Made by a program: the position numbers and the translations under genes
The notes under the pieces: generated by a model
Database searches by the model: none
Seen by the model: only the letters and a program-made list of their open reading frames with translations
Told to the model about the DNA's origin: nothing
Assembly: GCA_030550175.1 (NCBI GenBank)
Contig: JAUQPW010000001.1
Location: 10,898-74,897 of the forward strand
Source: a bacterium
Lineage (GTDB): Bacteria > Moduliflexota > Moduliflexia > Moduliflexales > JAUQPW01
Direction of reading: 5' to 3'
DNA: 64,000 nt
Shown: positions 60,047 to 64,000 of the stretch, piece after piece
Numbering within the stretch: position 1 is the first letter of the stretch
Layout: each line of letters begins with the position of its first letter

Positions 60047-60582
60047 TTTTTAACCCAACAAAACTGAAAGGCGCTTACCTTATCGAACTCGAAAAACGAG
60101 AGGACGAACGTGGTTTTTTTGCCCGTTCCTGGTGCCAGCGGGAGTTTGAAGCACATGGGCTCAATCCAAGATTGGTACAATGTAACATATCCTTTAACAA
60201 GAAAAAGGGTACCTTGCGGGGAATGCACTACCAAGCTCCCCCCTACCAGGAAGCTAAATTGATTCGATGTACCGCCGGAGCTATCTATGATGTGATTATC
60301 GATTTACGTCAGAACTCCGAAACCTATAAGGAATGGATTGCTGTGGAACTCACGGCCGAGAATCGTAAAATGTTATACGTACCGGAAGGTTTTGCCCATG
60401 GATTTCAGACTTTAATGGACAATACCGAAGTGTTTTATCAGATGTCTGAATTTTACATACCGCCATACAGCCGGGGGATACGTTGGAATGATCCGCAGTT
60501 TAAGATTATCTGGCCTGAAGCCGAGGAGCGTGTCATCTCGTTAAAGGATCAAACTTATCCAGATTTTGAAGGGATCAGGTAA
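60043..60582 (+). CDS. rfbC: dTDP-4-dehydrorhamnose 3,5-epimerase-family (RmlC-like cupin) sugar epimerase
   Basis: LIELEKREDERGFFARSW...GTLRGMHYQAPPYQEAKLIRCTAGAIYDVIIDLR...VPEGFAHGFQTL is the RmlC signature. ATGA overlap with the upstream stop. Confidence 0.8.
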   Translation: MIFNPTKLKGAYLIELEKREDERGFFARSWCQREFEAHGLNPRLVQCNISFNKKKGTLRGMHYQAPPYQEAKLIRCTAGAIYDVIIDLRQNSETYKEWIAVELTAENRKMLYVPEGFAHGFQTLMDNTEVFYQMSEFYIPPYSRGIRWNDPQFKIIWPEAEERVISLKDQTYPDFEGIR

Positions 60583-60732
60583 AGTGAACCTATCGGGCTA
60601 CAGATAGAATACCTTACAGATTCGTCTCAGGTAAAACCCTGTTGGGAATGAGGCTGAAGGAAACATTTCATATTTCTAACCTTATGCCGGTTCCATCAGA
60701 GTAAAGCCTGGGAACCAAATCTTTTAGAAAAA

Positions 60733-62049
60733 ATGGATATAACTCAACTTAACGCGGTTTTAAAACCTGACGAAATCGGTCAAGAGATGTATCACCTCAT
60801 CTCCGAGTTGTATCCTATTTGCCGGAGTATTACGGGAAATGGTTTCAGGGAGACCCTCCAGATAATTAAAAATTACATTCCCTTAAACATTTATGAAGTT
60901 CCAACCGGAACCCAGGTATTCGACTGGACGGTTCCCAAAGAATGGAATATCCGAGATGCCTATGTAAAAAATTCAAAGGGTGAGAGGATTATAGATTTCA
61001 AGAAATCTAACCTGCACGTGGTAAATTATAGCATACCCATCAAGACCAAAGTCTCCCTAACCGAGTTACGGGAACATCTTTTCACCTTACCGGAATATCC
61101 AGATTGGATTCCCTATAGAACGTCCTACTACAAGGAAAACTGGGGTTTCTGTCTAAGTCACAGGCAATTATTGGAGTTAGAGGAAGATGAATATGAAGTG
61201 TGTATTGATGCTTCCCTGGAAAAAGGTCATCTAACCTATGGAGAATATTACCTTCCGGGAAAAGGTTCAGAGGAGATACTCCTGACCTGTCATACCTGTC
61301 ATCCTTCACTTTGTAATGATAATCTTTCCGGCATTTCTCTGGTAACTCATCTGGCCAAACAGCTAGGTTCTCTTTCACTCCGATACTCCTACAGATTTCT
61401 TTTCATTCCTGGAACCATCGGTTCTATTACTTGGCTCTGTTTAAATGAAACTCATGTTTCCAGGATCAGGCATGGCCTGGTAGTAGCCAACGTGGGAGAT
61501 TCAGGTAAGTCCACTTACAAGAAAAGTCGCCGGGGAGATGCAGAAATAGATAAAGCAGTCAGTCACATCTTAAAGCATTCGGGTCAAGATTATGAGATTC
61601 TAGACTTCTCCCCCTATGGCTATGACGAAAGGCAGTTTTGTTCGCCCGGGTTCAATCTCCCTGTGGGATGTTTAATGAGGACCCCCTATGGTTGTTTTCC
61701 TGAGTATCATACCTCGGCAGATAATCTAGATTTCGTTCGACCGGAGTATCTGGCAGATTCCTTTTCAAAATACCTGGCCGTTTTAAATGTTTTGGAGAAT
61801 AACAAGAAATATTTGAACAAAAATCCCAAGTGTGAGCCCCAGTTAGGTAGAAGAGGATTGTACCGGGCAATGGGAGGGCAAAAAGACGTAGGAACTTTTG
61901 AGCTGGCCCTACTTTGGGTTCTGAATCTGTCCGACGGTAAACACACACTGTTGGATATTGCAGATAGATCTGGTTTAAAGTTTGATTTAATTAAAAATGT
62001 GGCAGACGCTCTCAAGGAGCATGATTTGCTGGAGGAGTTTTCAGATTAA
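60733..62049 (+). CDS. DUF2172/DUF4910-type aminopeptidase-like protein with a C-terminal winged-helix, embedded in the sugar cluster
   Basis: 438 aa. M28-like fold hints (H/D/E residues, EYHTSADN). C-terminal HTH-like LLWVLNLSDGKHTLLDIADRSGLKFDLI. Function unknown. Confidence 0.5.
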   Translation: MDITQLNAVLKPDEIGQEMYHLISELYPICRSITGNGFRETLQIIKNYIPLNIYEVPTGTQVFDWTVPKEWNIRDAYVKNSKGERIIDFKKSNLHVVNYSIPIKTKVSLTELREHLFTLPEYPDWIPYRTSYYKENWGFCLSHRQLLELEEDEYEVCIDASLEKGHLTYGEYYLPGKGSEEILLTCHTCHPSLCNDNLSGISLVTHLAKQLGSLSLRYSYRFLFIPGTIGSITWLCLNETHVSRIRHGLVVANVGDSGKSTYKKSRRGDAEIDKAVSHILKHSGQDYEILDFSPYGYDERQFCSPGFNLPVGCLMRTPYGCFPEYHTSADNLDFVRPEYLADSFSKYLAVLNVLENNKKYLNKNPKCEPQLGRRGLYRAMGGQKDVGTFELALLWVLNLSDGKHTLLDIADRSGLKFDLIKNVADALKEHDLLEEFSD

Positions 62050-62106
62050 GCACCTTCAATTATCCCTAATTCAGGGCAAATCATTAAGGCCAAAGGAGAG
62101 GTTTAG

Positions 62107-62949
62107 ATGAAAGTTGTTTTATTTTGTGGCGGCCTGGGAATGCGGTTAAAAGAGTATTCTGAAACCATTCCTAAGCCCATGGTACATATCGGATATCGAC
62201 CCATATTGTGGTACGTGATGAAGTATTATGCCCATTATGGATATAAAGATTTTATCCTCTGCCTGGGTTATAAGGCAGATATCATCAAGAACTATTTCCT
62301 GGATTACAAGGAGTATCTTTCCAATGATTTTATTCTCTCCAATGGAGGCAGAGAGCTCCAACTCTTCAATCGGGATATTCAAGACTGGAAAGTTACTTTT
62401 GTAGATACCGGTCTAAATTCAAACATCGGTCAGAGGTTGAAAGCCGTTGAAGAATATTTAGAAGGAGAAGAGATATTTCTGGCTAATTACACCGATGGTC
62501 TCACCGATTTTTATCTTCCGAACTTGATAGATTATTTTCATAAAAATGATAAGATAGCGTGTTTTCTCTCTGTGAGACCGAATCATAGCTTTCATATTGT
62601 TTTAGCCCAAGAGGATGGAACAGTAACCCGTATACAAAGTTTAGCTGAGTCGGATATCTGGATAAACGGGGGATTTTTCGTCTTTAAAAGGGAAATTTTC
62701 GACCACATAAATCCGGGAGAAGACCTAGTTCAAGAACCTTTCTTGCGACTTATTGAGAAGAAAGAACTCATCACCTGGAAGTACGAGGGATTCTGGATGT
62801 GTATGGATACCTTTAAAGATAAGCAAATTCTAGATGAGATGTATGCCCGGGGAGATACTCCCTGGGAGGTATGGAAATCTTCTAAGACCTATCTCAATAC
62901 CCATATAAAGATTAAAAAAACTGACCCTGTTCAGGTTAAACTTCGCTAA
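62107..62949 (+). CDS. rfbF: Glucose-1-phosphate cytidylyltransferase (CDP-glucose pyrophosphorylase)
   Basis: MKVVLFCGGLGMRLKEYSETIPKPMV...FLANYTDGLTD...GFWMCMDTFKDK matches the RfbF/DdhA pattern. Confidence 0.85.
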   Translation: MKVVLFCGGLGMRLKEYSETIPKPMVHIGYRPILWYVMKYYAHYGYKDFILCLGYKADIIKNYFLDYKEYLSNDFILSNGGRELQLFNRDIQDWKVTFVDTGLNSNIGQRLKAVEEYLEGEEIFLANYTDGLTDFYLPNLIDYFHKNDKIACFLSVRPNHSFHIVLAQEDGTVTRIQSLAESDIWINGGFFVFKREIFDHINPGEDLVQEPFLRLIEKKELITWKYEGFWMCMDTFKDKQILDEMYARGDTPWEVWKSSKTYLNTHIKIKKTDPVQVKLR

Positions 62950-62985
62950 TAAAGGAAATCTGTTTAGTAGAAGAGACGATTGTAA

Positions 62986-63933
62986 ATGGAGACTAAATCA
63001 GGAAGATCCCTTTATCAACTTTCGGGCCAAAGGGTGCTCATTACCGGTGCCAGTGGGTTTATCGGATCGCACTTATGTTTCCGCCTATGTAAGAGTGGCG
63101 TGGAAGTGCATGCTATTTCCAGGATAAACCGCTCCGGAGAGAAGGGCGGTCCTTATTGGTGGCAAGGAGATTTAGCGGAAATAGAACAGGTTCGGAATCT
63201 TTTAAGGAATATTAAGCCCGATTTGATTTTTCATCTGGCAAGCTATGTAGCAGGAGCCCGGGATGCAAGCTCTGTCATGACTACCTTTCGTAACAACTTG
63301 GTCAGTACTGTGAACCTTTTAACGGTGGTAAATGAAATCGGCTGTAAACGAATGATCCTGGCCGGTTCCCTGGAAGAACCAGAACAGAGGAATCTATTGG
63401 CTATTCCCTGTTCACCCTATGCTGTGGCCAAGTGGGCGGGAAGTGCTTATGCCCGTATGTTTCACGCGCTTTATCAACTTCCTGTCGTTATTCTACGTAT
63501 CTTTATGGTTTATGGGCCTGCCCAACAGGATCTACAGAAGCTTATCCCGTATACGATACTTTCTTTACTCCGAGGAGAAGTTCCAAAGCTCACCAGTGGC
63601 CAAAGACCGGTTGACTGGATCTATGTTGAAGATGTAGTAGAGGGATTTCTTGCTGCAGCCCAGGCAGCCGACATAGAAGGTAACACCATTGACATTGGGT
63701 CAGGAAATTTGGTTTCCATTCGTGCTATTGTAGAGAACCTGGTTCGTTTGATCAATCCACAAATTCAACCTCTATTCGGGGCTTTAAGTGAAAGACCTTT
63801 TGAACAAATACGAGTCGCCGATACAGCAAGGTCTTATGCTCTGATAGGATGGAAGGCTACAACTGCCTTAGAAGAAGGATTAAAACGAACGGTCGATTGG
63901 TATAGACAACAATTAAAAGGGAAGTCTCTATAA
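62986..63933 (+). CDS. NAD(P)-dependent epimerase/dehydratase/reductase (extended SDR; candidate CDP-sugar reductase/epimerase)
   Basis: RVLITGASGFIGSHLCFRL, catalytic YAVAKWAGS (Y-x3-K). Confidence 0.75.
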   Translation: METKSGRSLYQLSGQRVLITGASGFIGSHLCFRLCKSGVEVHAISRINRSGEKGGPYWWQGDLAEIEQVRNLLRNIKPDLIFHLASYVAGARDASSVMTTFRNNLVSTVNLLTVVNEIGCKRMILAGSLEEPEQRNLLAIPCSPYAVAKWAGSAYARMFHALYQLPVVILRIFMVYGPAQQDLQKLIPYTILSLLRGEVPKLTSGQRPVDWIYVEDVVEGFLAAAQAADIEGNTIDIGSGNLVSIRAIVENLVRLINPQIQPLFGALSERPFEQIRVADTARSYALIGWKATTALEEGLKRTVDWYRQQLKGKSL

Positions 63934-63950
63934 AGGAGAAATTATCTTAC

Positions 63951-64000
63951 ATGCCAATAAATGAATCTAAGAAAAGATATAGCTTGAATCTCCGTGCCGG
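63951..64000 (+). CDS. 5' end of a further CDS continuing beyond the window (MPINESKKRYSLNLRA...)
   Basis: ATG at 63951 after an AAAGGAG Shine-Dalgarno. Open to the window end. Confidence 0.3.
   Translation, partial: MPINESKKRYSLNLRA

Noticed and set aside
1-64000. tRNA, rRNA, integrase or transposase genes that might explain the repeats
   Set aside because: No T-loop-like GGTTCGAATCC-type motifs outside coding sequence (the one instance, ~18817, lies inside nrdJ). No rRNA-like conserved blocks. No DDE/tyrosine-recombinase ORFs. The repeats are therefore called non-autonomous.

Overview
This 64-kb window looks like a bacterial chromosomal segment of about 48-50% GC. It is densely coding, with house-keeping and accessory metabolism genes. 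No rRNA, tRNA, CRISPR array, integrase or transposase was recognised. Genes called from 5' to 3' are: a CoA-transferase A/B pair; a HEAT-repeat protein; a membrane protein with a SEC-C motif; secG and tpiA; a ferredoxin; a FabL-like enoyl-ACP reductase; an L-lactate permease; an NRAMP-related transporter; an NrdD-like (class III RNR-like) protein that has lost its cysteines, followed by nrdR and a class II (B12-dependent) RNR nrdJ; a secreted MBL-fold hydrolase; a truncated DUF2892/SRPBCC gene abutting a dehydrogenase gene remnant; a phosphoribosyltransferase; an OdhA/Kgd-type 2-oxoglutarate dehydrogenase (E1o with a fused E2-like domain) plus a separate E2; an NnrS-like membrane protein; a TetR-controlled HlyD/ABC-2 exporter; a Pat-like ADP-forming acyl-CoA synthetase-GNAT fusion; a block of small enzymes (OsmC, ABM, amidohydrolase, nucleoside hydrolase, PIN, VOC, F420-type NADP reductase, CDA-fold deaminase, SDR); a BMP-family nucleoside ABC importer; a membrane-fused spermidine-synthase-like protein; a BON protein; a GT39/ArnT-like glycosyltransferase; a CobW GTPase; and, after a 1.1-kb non-coding leader, a CDP-sugar / C-methylated deoxysugar polysaccharide cluster that runs off the window end. 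The most interesting non-genic layer is a set of GC-rich hairpin and tandem repeat families. They fill most intergenic spacers, and copies also sit in frame inside inter-domain linkers of three proteins (the E2 linker, the Pat linker and the ABC fusion linker). Two gene remnants mark rearrangement scars. The strongest single candidate for something undescribed is the NrdD-like ATP-cone protein that lacks the glycyl-radical domain and all catalytic cysteines and sits just upstream of nrdR-nrdJ.
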